A DNA stretch of 64,000 nt, taken from positions 1-64,000 of the forward strand of contig CBDANQ010000056.1 in the NCBI GenBank assembly GCA_965197725.1. Reading direction: 5' to 3'. Below, piece after piece: positions 20,488 to 31,321 of the stretch (the stretch's first letter is position 1; every line of letters begins with the position of its first letter). Both the position numbers and the translations under genes were made by a program. The notes beneath the pieces were generated by a model that ran no database searches, was not told where the DNA came from, and saw nothing but the letters and a program-made list of their open reading frames with translations. The stretch comes from Longimicrobiales bacterium. GTDB lineage: Bacteria; Gemmatimonadota; Gemmatimonadetes; Longimicrobiales; Gaopeijiaceae.

Positions 20488-20799
20488 GCTAATGGCTCCG
20501 ATCCGCGGTGACCGGCTTCGTCGACGCACTTGCTACGGTCGCGAGCAGGAGAAGGGCGAGGACGGGGATTAGGCGAGTCGGACGCATTGCTTTGATCCTC
20601 CGTGCGGTGTTCTCTAGTGGAACCCCAAAACTGGAGCACCGACCCTGAAGGCGAAAGCCGGTGCGGCGCCGGCCCTCCACGGGTGCGGCGCCCAAGCGCC
20701 CTCGTCGATCCATACTTGCACCACTTCGCGAGGCGGGCTGTGGCGCGTGCACGGGACGCTCCTGGACACACCAGATACACCTAGTGAGCCCAGCCGTCC

Positions 20800-20919
20800 G
20801 CGTGCGATGCGCTGCATCAGGTCGGTCGGGAGGTGCGCCGCGTCAGGGAAGACCCCGAGCGGGTTGCCGCCGAACGTCCGGTCGGTGAAGACGTCGAGCG
20901 TATGGAATGGGAGTTGCAT
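20800..20919 (-). pseudogene. N-terminal remnant of a PhzF-family isomerase
   Basis: [27 protein letters not shown]...MQRIAR, breaking off just before a CTAG at 20781. Confidence 0.85.
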
Positions 20920-21031
20920 GTGAGTGCATCCGAACGGATGGGGCAGAGGCTCCGCCGGCGGGGTGGCGTGACACCGGCCGGAGTCCCCAACCTGTCTTCC
21001 ACGCCCCCACACCGGCAACCGGAGCGCCCGA

Positions 21032-21514
21032 GTGCGCACGATCGGAGTCATATCGGATACGCACGGCCTACTCAGAGAGGAGGCTCTGCATGCGCTGGCG
21101 GGGAGCGACCTGATTATCCATGCGGGCGATGTAGGGAAGCCGGAGATCCTCGAGCGCCTCAGCGAGATCGCCCCGGTTCGAGCCGTCTACGGCAATACCG
21201 ATTGGGGGGAGCTGAGGGAGGCACTGCCCGGCACCGACATCGTCGACCTGGGCACGCTCGGGCCACTCGCATATGTGCTGCACATTTTCGATACGCTCGA
21301 TCTGGACCCAGTCGCGGCGGGGTTCCGGGTCGTGATCTTTGGGCACACCCACCAGCCGCTCATCCGCGAACTCGAAGGCGTGCTCTATCTGAATCCGGGG
21401 AGTGCGGGGCCGCGGCGTCCCGATCTGCCGGTCACCGTGGCACGTGTGACTGTGGAGGGGAAGGCCGTGCGGGCGGAGATCGTGGATCTGGCGGTGGGGC
21501 AGGAGGGGCGCTGA
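21032..21514 (+). CDS. YfcE/MJ0936-family metallophosphoesterase
   Basis: ISDTHG, HAGD, GNTD, GHTH, NPGSAG. Confidence 0.93.
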   Translation: MRTIGVISDTHGLLREEALHALAGSDLIIHAGDVGKPEILERLSEIAPVRAVYGNTDWGELREALPGTDIVDLGTLGPLAYVLHIFDTLDLDPVAAGFRVVIFGHTHQPLIRELEGVLYLNPGSAGPRRPDLPVTVARVTVEGKAVRAEIVDLAVGQEGR

Positions 21515-21659
21515 AGCGGCTTGCCCGCCCATCGCACCGCGGTGGCATTGTGTGTACTGGCGAGCGAGGTTGAGTCGGGGCTCCCTACGTACACGAAGCG
21601 TACGCTATCGTGGGTCGAGTCCGGTCCTCAGACACCTTCGGAACACGGCTAGGACGTAT

Positions 21660-21815
21660 GCGTCCCGGATGTGGACCGAACGTACGAGGAGGCGGCACTG
21701 GCGAACGGGGGTGACTCGTTCCAGGCCCCCGTCCAAGAGGGCGACCCGGACTGGCGGTGCGGGGTCAAGATCCCGGAAGGAATACCTGGTGGTTCTCGAC
21801 GCGGGTGGGGGACTA
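21660..21815 (+). pseudogene. C-terminal remnant of a VOC/glyoxalase (PhnB-like) gene
   Basis: VPDVDRTYEEAALANGG...GDPDWRCGVKIPEG/TWWFSTRV. Confidence 0.65.
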
Positions 21816-21872
21816 CGTGTCTGCCTTCTCTCCCACCCATCATCCGCTGGGAACCTATTTCTTCCACGGACT

Positions 21873-21998
21873 GCTAGAAGGCTGTTGAAGAAGTACAGCG
21901 TGCCACCCCAACCCACAGAGGCGTACGATCATATCAGCCATGGTGTTGGGCACATGGCGGTTGCGCGGCCCATTGTACTTCTTCAACAGCCTTCTAGC
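21873..21998. mobile_element. MITE with perfect 25-bp terminal inverted repeats including a terminal CTAG (IS5/IS1182-like ends)
   Basis: GCTAGAAGGCTGTTGAAGAAGTACA (21873-21897) and TGTACTTCTTCAACAGCCTTCTAGC (21974-21998) around a 76-bp non-coding core. Confidence 0.85.
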
Positions 21999-22013
21999 GG
22001 AGGTGGATAGAGG

Positions 22014-22922
22014 CTAGCGGGACGCCGGCAGCCCAGGCAGGCTTCTGGGATCCACGCTTGTGGAGCCGTAGCGCACGACCCAATGCAGGTGGGGTCCGGT
22101 CACCCGACCGGTAGCGCCGACGCGCCCGATTGGCGTGCCAGCCTCGACGGTGTCACCGGGTGCGACGAGTTGCTCGCTCAGGTGGAAGTAGCCGCTCAGC
22201 AGACCGCCACCGTGGTTGAGGTAGACAATGTTGCCCGCGAGCAGGAACTCGTCGACGAGTGCGACGACGCCCCGAGACACGGCCATCACGGTGTCGCCGG
22301 GCTCGCCGTCCAGGTCCAAGCCCATGTGGCGGCTCGAGACCTGTCCGTTGAACACTCGGCCGTCGCCGAAGCCGCTCGTCACGCGAGCGTCGCGGGGTAC
22401 CACTAGGTCATCCGTCCAGAGCCGTGGCGTGCGATGCGCCAGCCGCGAGAGCTCCGCGGCCCGAGCGCGGTCGCGCGCGAGGCGTGCCTGCTGTGCCGAG
22501 TCCAGTGGACGTCCGAGCGCGGGAGCGACCGTGAGTCGCTCGTGTCGGTACTGCCCTGCGGAGACGGTGACGGTGGGCGACAGCGCCTCTTCTCGCCCAT
22601 CGCGGTAAACGACGGTGATGCCGACCGGCACGCTCCCCTCGGCTCCGATGGGGACCGCGGCCAAGCTCTCGAAGTCGCCACCCTCGGTTCGCCCGAAGTG
22701 GAGGGCCTCGCCGGCAGCGCTTCCTCGGACCGACGAGACCGGCTCGTAGGCCCTCGGTGTGACCCGGACTACGAACAGCTGGCCCTGGCCAGGCTGCTCA
22801 GGTGTCCAGGAAACGCGTGGCGTAGCTGGTGGGGCGGCGACCATGTTGAAGCCAGACACCGCCATCTGCATCGACAGCGACGCTACGCACCCTCGCATGA
22901 GGCGTAGGCCGGGAAATTTCAT
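22014..22922 (-). CDS. M23-family metallopeptidase
   Basis: HMGLDLD, YFHLS, GATGRVTGPHLHW. Start position uncertain. Confidence 0.9.
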   Translation of the reverse strand: MKFPGLRLMRGCVASLSMQMAVSGFNMVAAPPATPRVSWTPEQPGQGQLFVVRVTPRAYEPVSSVRGSAAGEALHFGRTEGGDFESLAAVPIGAEGSVPVGITVVYRDGREEALSPTVTVSAGQYRHERLTVAPALGRPLDSAQQARLARDRARAAELSRLAHRTPRLWTDDLVVPRDARVTSGFGDGRVFNGQVSSRHMGLDLDGEPGDTVMAVSRGVVALVDEFLLAGNIVYLNHGGGLLSGYFHLSEQLVAPGDTVEAGTPIGRVGATGRVTGPHLHWVVRYGSTSVDPRSLPGLPASR

Positions 22923-23332
22923 TCGTGGCCTTGGTGGCGCGTGACCCACGTCGCCCGCGTTTCAGGGATCGATGTATCTATTGAACCTGGGGACGACCGG
23001 GAGCTCCGACTCGGCACAACTCCTCGGTGAATAGCGGGGATTGAGTTCCCTCCTCTTATCCAGACTTGTCGGAACATTGTAAGCACTGCTGACCGTTCAC
23101 GCGGGTACACGAGCTCTAACGTCCACCCTTCGGCACGATTCAGCTGGCGTTTCAACGCGGCCGCGCCGCGTTTGGGGAGCGCTCGGACCAGGGCAATACG
23201 ATCTTCCTGAAGGGGACGTGGGTGTTCTGAGCGGGAGCCCCCCGAGGGCCGGATTCCGTTAACTTTCTCGGTTGAACACGCGAACGATCCGCTCCAGCGC
23301 GCCGCCGACTATCTCTGGCGCGCCGCAGGTAT

Positions 23333-25183
23333 ATGATGCCCATTCGCAACATCGCGATCATCGCGCATGTCGATCACGGAAAGACCACATTGGTCGACCA
23401 GATGCTGGTTCAGGCCGGAGTCTTCCGAGAGAACCAGGTCGTGCAGGAGCGGGTGATGGACTCCAACCCGCTCGAGCGTGAGCGGGGGATCACCATCCTA
23501 GCGAAGAACACCGCCGTGCAATGGAACGACGTGAAGGTCAACATCGTCGACACTCCGGGCCACGCCGACTTCGGCGGCGAAGTCGAGCGCATCCTTCGCA
23601 TGGTCGACGGAGTAGTCCTGCTCGTCGATGCGGCCGAGGGGCCGATGCCCCAGACTCGCTTCGTCACCCGCAAAGCGCTGGAGCTCGGCATTCTGCCGCT
23701 CGTGGTCATCAACAAGGTCGACCGCCGCGATGCGCGGCCGCACGAAGTGCACGACGAGGTGCTCGAGCTCTTCATGGACCTCGAGGCCACGGACGTGCAA
23801 CTCGACGCGCCGTTCCTCTATGCGGTGGGTCGCGACGGGTGGGCTGCCCAAGAGGCGGATGCCGCGGGCGGGGACCTTACGCCGCTCTTCGAGAAGATCG
23901 TTTCGCATTTCCCGGCTCCCTCCGTCGATCCGGAGGGACCCTTCCAGATGCTCGTTTCCACGCTCGACTACTCCTCCTACATTGGGCGCATCGCCATCGG
24001 GCGCATCGAGCGTGGCACCGTGCGCGTCGGCGAACGCGTCGCGCTGCTCGACCTCGGCGCCGTCGGCATGGTGGAGGACTCGGCTCAGGCGGAAGAGGCC
24101 AAGGTCTCCAAGCTGTTCACGTTCACCGGACTCGAGCGGGTGGACGTCGGCGAAGCGTGCGCGGGGGATATCGTAGCTCTGGCCGGGCTCGAGGGCGTCG
24201 AGATCGGCAAGACCCTGACGGACCCTGAGCATCGGGAGCGTTTGCTGGGCATCGCGGTCGAGGAGCCGACGCTTTCGGTCGACTTCACCGTGAACGACTC
24301 GCCCTTTGCGGGGCGGTTGGGAAAGTTCGTGACGACCCGCCAGGTACGGGAGCGGCTCTACAAGGAGCTTGAGCGAAACGTCTCCCTGCGCGTCGAGGAC
24401 ACCGAACAGCCGGACGCGTTCACCGTGAGCGGTCGCGGCGAGCTGCACCTCACGATCCTCATGGAGACGATGCGCCGCGAAGGGTACGAGTTCCAGGTCT
24501 CGCGGCCCCGTGTCATCACTCGGAGGGACGACACGGGTCAGCTCCAGGAGCCGTACGAGGAGGCCGTTGTCGAGGTCCCCTCCGACATGGTCGGAACGGT
24601 CATCGAGAAGCTCGGCTCTCGCAAAGGCGAGATGACCGAAATGAGGCCGATGGGCGACTCGGGTACGACCCGGCTGCGCTTCCGCGTGCCCGCACGCGGA
24701 CTCTTCGGGTACCGCTCCGAGTTTCTCACGGACACGCGCGGTGAGGGTATCCTGCACCACCAGTTCCACGACTGGGGAAACTGGGCCGGACCGCTCAAGG
24801 GCCGCTCCCGTGGTGTGCTCGTCGCGGATCGGCTCGGCAAGTCGGTGGGCTTCGCGCTCTTCAACCTGCAGGAGCGCGCGACGATGTTCGTCGCGCCGGG
24901 CGCGGAGTGCTACGCCGGCATGATCGTGGGGGAGAACTCAAGGACCGACGACATGGACGTGAACGTGAGCAAGGAGAAGAAGCTCACGAACATGCGCACT
25001 ACGGCATCGGACGAGAACATCAAGCTGGAGCCGTCACGCCAGATCACGCTCGAGCTCGCGCTCGAGTTCATCGAGGACGATGAGCTCATCGAGGTCACCC
25101 CAGACGGCATCCGCCTGCGCAAGCGGGTTCTGGATTCGATCCCGCGAAAGAAGGCAGCGAAAGCGGCGAACCAATCGGCGTAG
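23333..25183 (+). CDS. typA: Translational GTPase TypA/BipA
   Basis: RNIAIIAHVDHGKTTLVD, DTPGHADFGGEVER, GRGELHL, EVTPDGIRLRK. Confidence 0.98.
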   Translation: MMPIRNIAIIAHVDHGKTTLVDQMLVQAGVFRENQVVQERVMDSNPLERERGITILAKNTAVQWNDVKVNIVDTPGHADFGGEVERILRMVDGVVLLVDAAEGPMPQTRFVTRKALELGILPLVVINKVDRRDARPHEVHDEVLELFMDLEATDVQLDAPFLYAVGRDGWAAQEADAAGGDLTPLFEKIVSHFPAPSVDPEGPFQMLVSTLDYSSYIGRIAIGRIERGTVRVGERVALLDLGAVGMVEDSAQAEEAKVSKLFTFTGLERVDVGEACAGDIVALAGLEGVEIGKTLTDPEHRERLLGIAVEEPTLSVDFTVNDSPFAGRLGKFVTTRQVRERLYKELERNVSLRVEDTEQPDAFTVSGRGELHLTILMETMRREGYEFQVSRPRVITRRDDTGQLQEPYEEAVVEVPSDMVGTVIEKLGSRKGEMTEMRPMGDSGTTRLRFRVPARGLFGYRSEFLTDTRGEGILHHQFHDWGNWAGPLKGRSRGVLVADRLGKSVGFALFNLQERATMFVAPGAECYAGMIVGENSRTDDMDVNVSKEKKLTNMRTTASDENIKLEPSRQITLELALEFIEDDELIEVTPDGIRLRKRVLDSIPRKKAAKAANQSA

Positions 25184-25349
25184 CTCCTAGCCGGGACGGC
25201 TCAGGCGCGACGGTCGTTAGCCACCTCGATCGTCCAGTCCGACAGCATGCAGCCCTCGCCGGGGCCACATCGTCGGAATATGTTCCCCGAGGCGCTCAGT
25301 TCCAGTTCAGTTCCAGTGTAGGGAATCCCCCGCCACCGGCACATGCGGC

Positions 25350-27611
25350 TCAGCGCTGGTCCTCTCGCCGGAACAGCACTTCCCTGAATGCTACGTCCTC
25401 CGCCGCCAGCGCGAAGACCGTGCACGGCAGGCCGGACGTTCGTCTCCTGAGTTGCTCATAGTACGCTGTGAAGTCGTCCACTTGGTCGGGTGCGGCCATG
25501 CCCATGATGATCAGGTCCGCTCCCCGGGATGAGTCGTGCAGCAGGTCGAATGGGCTCCGCTCGCCGCTCACCAGAACTTCGGTCTGAAGGCCGGTGCGCG
25601 TCCGTTCCAGCATGTCGGTGAGGTTGCGCCGGGCGTCCTCTGCCGCAGCCTCACTAGGGATCACCATCTTCAGCCGGATGTCCGCCTCACGCCACGCCAG
25701 GCTCGTCTTCAGCAGATACCCGAGAATCATGAGGAGCGCCCCGTTGCCCTGCAGTCCACCCCACCAGATGTCGACCCGTCTGCGGTCGCCAACACCCACC
25801 CTATCCGCGTCCCGCACGATGACGACGTTCCGCTTGGACTGCCAGACATGCTCGATCATGGTGCAATACCGTGGCCGGTGTTCGCTCTCCTCCGAATCGC
25901 CGAGAAGGATCGTATTCGGGACCAACGGCCCGAGGCCGTAGGCTTCCATGAGAAGCTCGGTTCCGGCGAAAGGATCCTCAGCGAAAATGACCCGCACGAG
26001 GCCGTTGATGCCCCGTTTGCCCAGGTAGTCCTGGATCTTTCTCTCCATGGCTCGCTTCCGGTCGTGCGTCACGGACGTGTCGCGGAGAATGGTCGCGATG
26101 GAGAGGAGCCCCTTGTTGTGATGGGAGAAGTCGGCCGCCAGCTCGATGAGGTGCCAGCGGCGAGTCGGCGCACCGGACAGCACGAGAAAGTGGGGCCGCC
26201 AGTTGCGGGGGTCTTCCGAGAGCCGGCCGAGACGGAGGAGGCCCGCTCGTGTGATCATCATCAGGATACCCTGGCGCACATCGCCCCAGGCTGCCTGCAT
26301 TCCGCGGCGCTCCAGCCACACGAACACCCCTAGCACGAACACGCCCGCCACCACCGTCGCTGCCGGGTTGATGAGGAACATCACCGAAGCGCACCCCGCC
26401 GCGCCGGCCAAGGAAAAGATCCAGTGCACGCTCAGCCGGGGGCGAAACGAGGGGCTTCCCAGAAAGCGCTCGATGCCAGCCGCGACGTTCAGGACCCCAT
26501 AGGTGGTGAGGAAGAACATGGTGAGGATCGGCGCGATCATGTTCAGGTCACCGAACCACACGGCCACCAGCGCGATGCCCAGCGTCAACGCGGTGCCAAC
26601 GCGCGGGCTGTCGTCCTCGCCGCTGCCCTTACCCAGCCACGAGAGCCACCGCGGTAGGATACCGTCTCGGGCCAGAGCCTGGAGCACGCGGGGTGCGCCC
26701 AGAATGCTGCCAACGGCGCTGCTCAGGGTCGCGCCCCAGACGCCGAGTAGGATCGCATTGCCCCACAGCGAGATCCTCCGCATGACCAGGGGATCGCTCA
26801 CCAAACTTTGGGTGTCGACGCGCAGCGCCAGCATCACCGGCAGGGTCATGTAAATGAGGTATCCGACGCCGATGGCCAGGAACGTTCCCTTGGGGATGGC
26901 GCGGCTGGGGTCCTCTAGGTCGCCGGACATGTTCACTCCGGCCATAATTCCCGTGACCGCGGGGAAGAAAACCGCGAAGACCACCCAAAAGCTCTCGGGC
27001 TGCGCCAGTGACGAAGGGCCCAGCCCCTGTGGCTCGACCCCCTCCAGCCCGCTCCCGAACGTCAGAGAAAGCAGCGACAGCGCGATGACCGCCATGATCA
27101 CGTACTGCGCCCGGATGGCGGCCCGCGCGGAGAGGATGGCCAGCGTTGCGACGGCCAGCGTCGTGACGACGCCCACGAGTCGGGCGTTCAAGGACGGGAA
27201 CGCGCCCGTCACCGATTCGGCGAAGCCCACGGTGTAGAGCGCGACGGAGAGCCCCTGGGCGAGGTACAGAGGAATCCCCACGGCGCCGCCGGTCTCGATG
27301 CCCAGGGACCGGCTGATCATGTAGTAGGCGCCACCGGTACGGACCCGTTGGTCCGTGGCGATGGCACCCACGGACAGCGCCGTGAGCAGGGTGATGGATG
27401 TTGCCAGGGTGACGATGATGAACGTCCCCCCCAACCCCACCTGGCCCACGACCCACCCGAAGCGCAGGTACATGATCACGCCGAGGATCGTCAGGATTGA
27501 CGGCGTGAATACGCCTCCGAACATCCCCAGGCCGCCTTTGCGTCCAGGGGTGACTTCTGCTTGACCCGGCGGTGTGCGAGCGTTTTGCCCGTTTGTGGGT
27601 CGGTCAGCCAT
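25350..27611 (-). CDS. Cation-chloride cotransporter (SLC12/NKCC-like, APC superfamily)
   Basis: FGGVFTPSILTILGVIMYLRFGWVVG, GGAYYMISRSLG, FFPAVTGIMAG, NWRP, VDIWW. Confidence 0.92.
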   Translation of the reverse strand: MADRPTNGQNARTPPGQAEVTPGRKGGLGMFGGVFTPSILTILGVIMYLRFGWVVGQVGLGGTFIIVTLATSITLLTALSVGAIATDQRVRTGGAYYMISRSLGIETGGAVGIPLYLAQGLSVALYTVGFAESVTGAFPSLNARLVGVVTTLAVATLAILSARAAIRAQYVIMAVIALSLLSLTFGSGLEGVEPQGLGPSSLAQPESFWVVFAVFFPAVTGIMAGVNMSGDLEDPSRAIPKGTFLAIGVGYLIYMTLPVMLALRVDTQSLVSDPLVMRRISLWGNAILLGVWGATLSSAVGSILGAPRVLQALARDGILPRWLSWLGKGSGEDDSPRVGTALTLGIALVAVWFGDLNMIAPILTMFFLTTYGVLNVAAGIERFLGSPSFRPRLSVHWIFSLAGAAGCASVMFLINPAATVVAGVFVLGVFVWLERRGMQAAWGDVRQGILMMITRAGLLRLGRLSEDPRNWRPHFLVLSGAPTRRWHLIELAADFSHHNKGLLSIATILRDTSVTHDRKRAMERKIQDYLGKRGINGLVRVIFAEDPFAGTELLMEAYGLGPLVPNTILLGDSEESEHRPRYCTMIEHVWQSKRNVVIVRDADRVGVGDRRRVDIWWGGLQGNGALLMILGYLLKTSLAWREADIRLKMVIPSEAAAEDARRNLTDMLERTRTGLQTEVLVSGERSPFDLLHDSSRGADLIIMGMAAPDQVDDFTAYYEQLRRRTSGLPCTVFALAAEDVAFREVLFRREDQR

Positions 27612-27724
27612 AGGTGGTATTCTCTGGGTCCAGAACCAACGGATCAAGTCGAACTCGGCCACCGTTGCCGCACCGGGGCGTGCCCCGTACGATCGCGGGC
27701 ATGGGCACACGACTGACGTGCAGG

Positions 27725-29467
27725 ATGAAATGGGCCCCGAATCGCGGGGCGCTCCGTTTCGTCACTTCGGCGGTCACTACGGGGCTGCTCAGTGTCTTGG
27801 TTTCGGTTCGCGCGGACGCGCAGGTCAACTGGTCTCCGGTCACGGACGGATTTCCGCGCACTGCCGCGGAGCTGAACGATTTCGCTGTGCACACCGGGCA
27901 TGCGGAGATGTGGGAGTATCTGGAGGCGTTGCGCGGCGCGAGCACCAGCATGCGACTCGGTACGTACGGCGAGACCTGGGAAGGCCGCGACCTCGCATAT
28001 GCGGTGTTCAGTCGGCCGGCCGTGAGCGAACCGTTGGAGGCCTCGGTGCTGGCACGGCCCATCGTCGTTCTCGCGGCCAATGTGCACGGTGATGAGCGAA
28101 CCTTCCGCGAAGGACTTCTCGTGCTCATGCGGGATTTCTCCACGCCAGGAACGGAGGCGTACGAGCTGCTCGACGACGTGACCGTGGTCGTTGCCCCCCA
28201 GATCAACCCGGACGGCTCTGAGGCGAGCGTGCTCGGCACGCGCGGCAACGCCTGGGGCGTCGACCTCAACCGCGACTACGTGAAGCTCGAGCAACCGGCC
28301 ATCGCACACTACGTGGGCAACCTGATCAGTGAGTGGCGGCCCCACATGTTCGTCGACGGCCATGACGGTGGCGCTCGCCCGTACAACCTCAACTATCAGT
28401 GTCCGAGCCACGTGGATCCCGCGCTGGAGCTCACCCTCCTCTGCGACCAGGAGATATTCCCGGCGATCGACGCCAAGCTCGCAACGGAAGGCTACACATC
28501 GTGGTACTACACTGCGGGCGATGAGACGGAGTGGCGGGTCGGAGGTTCCCTGGCGCGGATCGGTCGGAACTACGGCGGCTTCGTGAACTCCGTCGGGATT
28601 CTCATCGAGGCTCCGACACAGACCCTCGAGGTCGGAGCCCGCGCAGGTTATCTCGGCTACCTCGCCGTCGTCCAGTTCGCTGCGGAGCACGCGGATCGCC
28701 TCATGGGCGTGGTCGCTGACGCGCGCGCCGAAACGATCGAGATGGGCGCGGCTCCGCGAGGTGACGTCACGGTCGAGATGATGTACACGGCCGAAGAGTA
28801 CCCGGTCAGCTACGAGCTCGTGCGGAACGGTGGTCGGGGTACGGACCCCAACGGGCCCGTCGAAAGCGTGCACATCACCGGCGCGCGGCTCATGAAGAAG
28901 CCGGTCGCGACCAAGACCCGTAAGCGCCCGTGGGCGTACCTACTACCGCGCTTTGCGGTCGATGCGGTCGCGATGCTGCGCCGGCACGGCATCGCGGTCG
29001 AAAGGCTTACCGAGCCTGCCGAGTTGCGGGTCGATGCCTACGCGGTGGCCGGAGTGACCTATGAGGAGGCGTTCAACCCCGCAGCCACGACGGTGGTCGA
29101 GGTCGGTGACGTCGTTACCCAGGAGCGCCTGTTTTCGACGGGCACGTACGTAGTCCCGACTGCGCAGTCCCTGGGGCGACTCGTGGCGCACATGCTGGAG
29201 GTCGAGACCCGGGACAACGTCGTCTATTGGAACACTATGGACGCGTGGATTCCGCGCTCACCTGTCGTGCCGATCTTCAAGCTGATGACGCCGACGCCGT
29301 TGTCGACGCGGGAGGTGGGCGGCGAGCAGCTGACACGAGGGGGAACCCATTCGGATTTGGAGGCTGAGAAGCGATGTTTACCGCGCTCAGTCGGCTGGCC
29401 GGCCGGGCGATTTCATAGCCGGAAAGAGATGAACCAGGAACGTTTCGACAGCGCGTCGACCCTATGA
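27725..29467 (+). CDS. M14 zinc carboxypeptidase, exported; 3' end probably reads through into the next gene
   Basis: NVHGDE, NPDG, RGNAWGVDLNRD, DGHD. Confidence 0.85.
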   Translation: MKWAPNRGALRFVTSAVTTGLLSVLVSVRADAQVNWSPVTDGFPRTAAELNDFAVHTGHAEMWEYLEALRGASTSMRLGTYGETWEGRDLAYAVFSRPAVSEPLEASVLARPIVVLAANVHGDERTFREGLLVLMRDFSTPGTEAYELLDDVTVVVAPQINPDGSEASVLGTRGNAWGVDLNRDYVKLEQPAIAHYVGNLISEWRPHMFVDGHDGGARPYNLNYQCPSHVDPALELTLLCDQEIFPAIDAKLATEGYTSWYYTAGDETEWRVGGSLARIGRNYGGFVNSVGILIEAPTQTLEVGARAGYLGYLAVVQFAAEHADRLMGVVADARAETIEMGAAPRGDVTVEMMYTAEEYPVSYELVRNGGRGTDPNGPVESVHITGARLMKKPVATKTRKRPWAYLLPRFAVDAVAMLRRHGIAVERLTEPAELRVDAYAVAGVTYEEAFNPAATTVVEVGDVVTQERLFSTGTYVVPTAQSLGRLVAHMLEVETRDNVVYWNTMDAWIPRSPVVPIFKLMTPTPLSTREVGGEQLTRGGTHSDLEAEKRCLPRSVGWPAGRFHSRKEMNQERFDSASTL

Positions 29468-29823
29468 ACGCTACCTCGAAGGCGTCAAGAACCGTGAACA
29501 CGTTGCCCGTCATCGCGCGCCTGGCGGATGAGGCTGGCCGGGACTTGCGCGTTGTGTCACGGGATGAGAATCCGGACCTCATGGACGGACATTTGACAAA
29601 CGGGCGGAGTCGTTCGATTCCGGTTGTCATCGTCTACGATGAGAACTTCGACGAGGTCGGCTGGTGGGGCCCGCGGCCGAGTGAGATCCAGGCGTGGGTG
29701 ATGGAGGAAGGACTCGGCGTTCCATCTCCTGAGCGGTACAAGGCCGTGCGACGGTGGTACGCCCAGGACCATGGCCGGACCACGCTTCGGGAGTTGCTCG
29801 ACGTATTCCGGACCGCCGCTTGA
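29429..29823 (+). pseudogene. Thioredoxin-family protein with the active-site segment deleted
   Basis: MNQERFDSAST/YERYLEGVKN joins VNTLPVIARL...RDENPDLMDGHLTNGRSRSIP...WGPRP. The WCGD motif expected before VN is absent. Confidence 0.75.
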
Positions 29824-31316
29824 GCACGAGAACCTCGCCTCGTCCGACCGGCGCCCGGCGGGCGGGCCTCTTCCTTCTCGCCTTCGGCTCGGGCTTCGCG
29901 GTACTGACCATCGAAATCGCCGGGGCGCGCCTCATTGCACCCGTGTTCGGCCTCTCGGCGGTGCCCTGGACCGCGGTGATCGGTGTGATCCTCGCGGCGC
30001 TTGCGGTCGGGAATCATCTCGGCGGCCGGCTGGCCGACGGAGGCAAGGTCCCCCTCTCCTGGGTTCTGGTGGCGTCGGCGGCCACCGCGGCTCTCCCGAT
30101 TTTTGGAAGCGGCGTCCCATGGGTGGCCCGTGACCTTCTCGGCTTCGTTCCTGGTGCCCTCGCGAGTGCCGTGATCCTTTTCGCGCCGGCGGTTCTCTGC
30201 CTCGGAGCCGTGGTGCCGTATCTCGTCCAGGCCGACACCAGAAGCCTCGGCAATGTGGGCCGACGTGCCGGTGACGTGAGCGCAGCCGCCACTGCGGGCT
30301 CGATCACGGGCACGTTCATGACGGGCTTCGTTCTGCTGCCCGCGTTTCCTCTTCCAGTGCTTCTCGCGATCACGGCTGTCGCGCTGTTGGCGTTGGCAGC
30401 GCTGTCTGGAGTAATCCTCGGGAAGCGTGTCCCGTCGCAGGTGATCGTGCTGGTGGCGATCTTGATGGGCGTGCTGGGCCTAGCTGGCGGCCAGCGCGCA
30501 CCTGGCACCCTGCATCGGCAGCAGACGCTGTATGCGTCCGTGTCGGTCACTGAATGGGTTGGGCGTGACGATCGAATCGTGCGCGCGCTCTGGCAGAATG
30601 GCGACTCCTCTTCGGTCGAGTTCGTCGACACCGGCGATCCGGCCCACGAGTACGTGGATGCCAGTGGCTTGCTGCTCGAGCCTGTCATCGACCGTGTGCA
30701 GTCGATGCTGGTTCTGGGGGGAGCCGCGTTGTCGCTGCCGGTCGCGTTCAGTCGCTGGAGGCCCGACATGCGCATCGACGTCGTGGAGATCGATCCTGTC
30801 GTGACCGAGCTGGCCGAGCGGTACTTCGCCTACGGCCGAGACGACTATCCCAACATCCGGGTCGTGCACGATGATGCTCGCGTACATGTGCGCGACTCGG
30901 ACGAGCGGTATGATCTGATCTATCTCGACGTCTACGACCACCTGCTCACGGTGCCGTGGACGATGGTCACGGTCGAGGCGCTCACGGAAATGGCGGATCA
31001 CCTCGAACCGGACGGCCTCTTCGTGGCGAACGTGCTCTCGCCGCTTGCCGGGCCCGGCCTAGCGTTCGTCGAGCGGTTTCAGGCGACGTTGGACGAGGTG
31101 TTCCCCGCGTGGGTGATCTATCCGGCGACTCCGGATCAGGCGGCCGAGGCGACGCAGAACCTCGTAGTAATCGGGGGTCTCGATCCGCAGGCGCTCCCTG
31201 ACGTCGACTGGCCACCGGCGGACACGGGACCCGCGGGCCGGCCGCTCACCGACGCGTGGGCGCCGGTGGAATACCTGCAAGCCAAGGTCTTCCTGGCAGG
31301 TCTTGCTTGGGACTGA
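29820..31316 (+). CDS. Fused membrane / spermidine-synthase-like methyltransferase
   Basis: EIAGARLIAPVFG in the TM domain; LVLGGAA, VVEIDPVV, DDAR, DLIYLDVY. Confidence 0.88.
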   Translation: MSTRTSPRPTGARRAGLFLLAFGSGFAVLTIEIAGARLIAPVFGLSAVPWTAVIGVILAALAVGNHLGGRLADGGKVPLSWVLVASAATAALPIFGSGVPWVARDLLGFVPGALASAVILFAPAVLCLGAVVPYLVQADTRSLGNVGRRAGDVSAAATAGSITGTFMTGFVLLPAFPLPVLLAITAVALLALAALSGVILGKRVPSQVIVLVAILMGVLGLAGGQRAPGTLHRQQTLYASVSVTEWVGRDDRIVRALWQNGDSSSVEFVDTGDPAHEYVDASGLLLEPVIDRVQSMLVLGGAALSLPVAFSRWRPDMRIDVVEIDPVVTELAERYFAYGRDDYPNIRVVHDDARVHVRDSDERYDLIYLDVYDHLLTVPWTMVTVEALTEMADHLEPDGLFVANVLSPLAGPGLAFVERFQATLDEVFPAWVIYPATPDQAAEATQNLVVIGGLDPQALPDVDWPPADTGPAGRPLTDAWAPVEYLQAKVFLAGLAWD

Positions 31317-31321
31317 CTTCA

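Noticed and set aside
23149..23170. GTTTCAACGCGGCCGCGCC resembling a CRISPR repeat
   Set aside because: Single copy, no spacers and no cas genes; it lies in a probable gene-end relic (..GNTIFLKGTWVF*).
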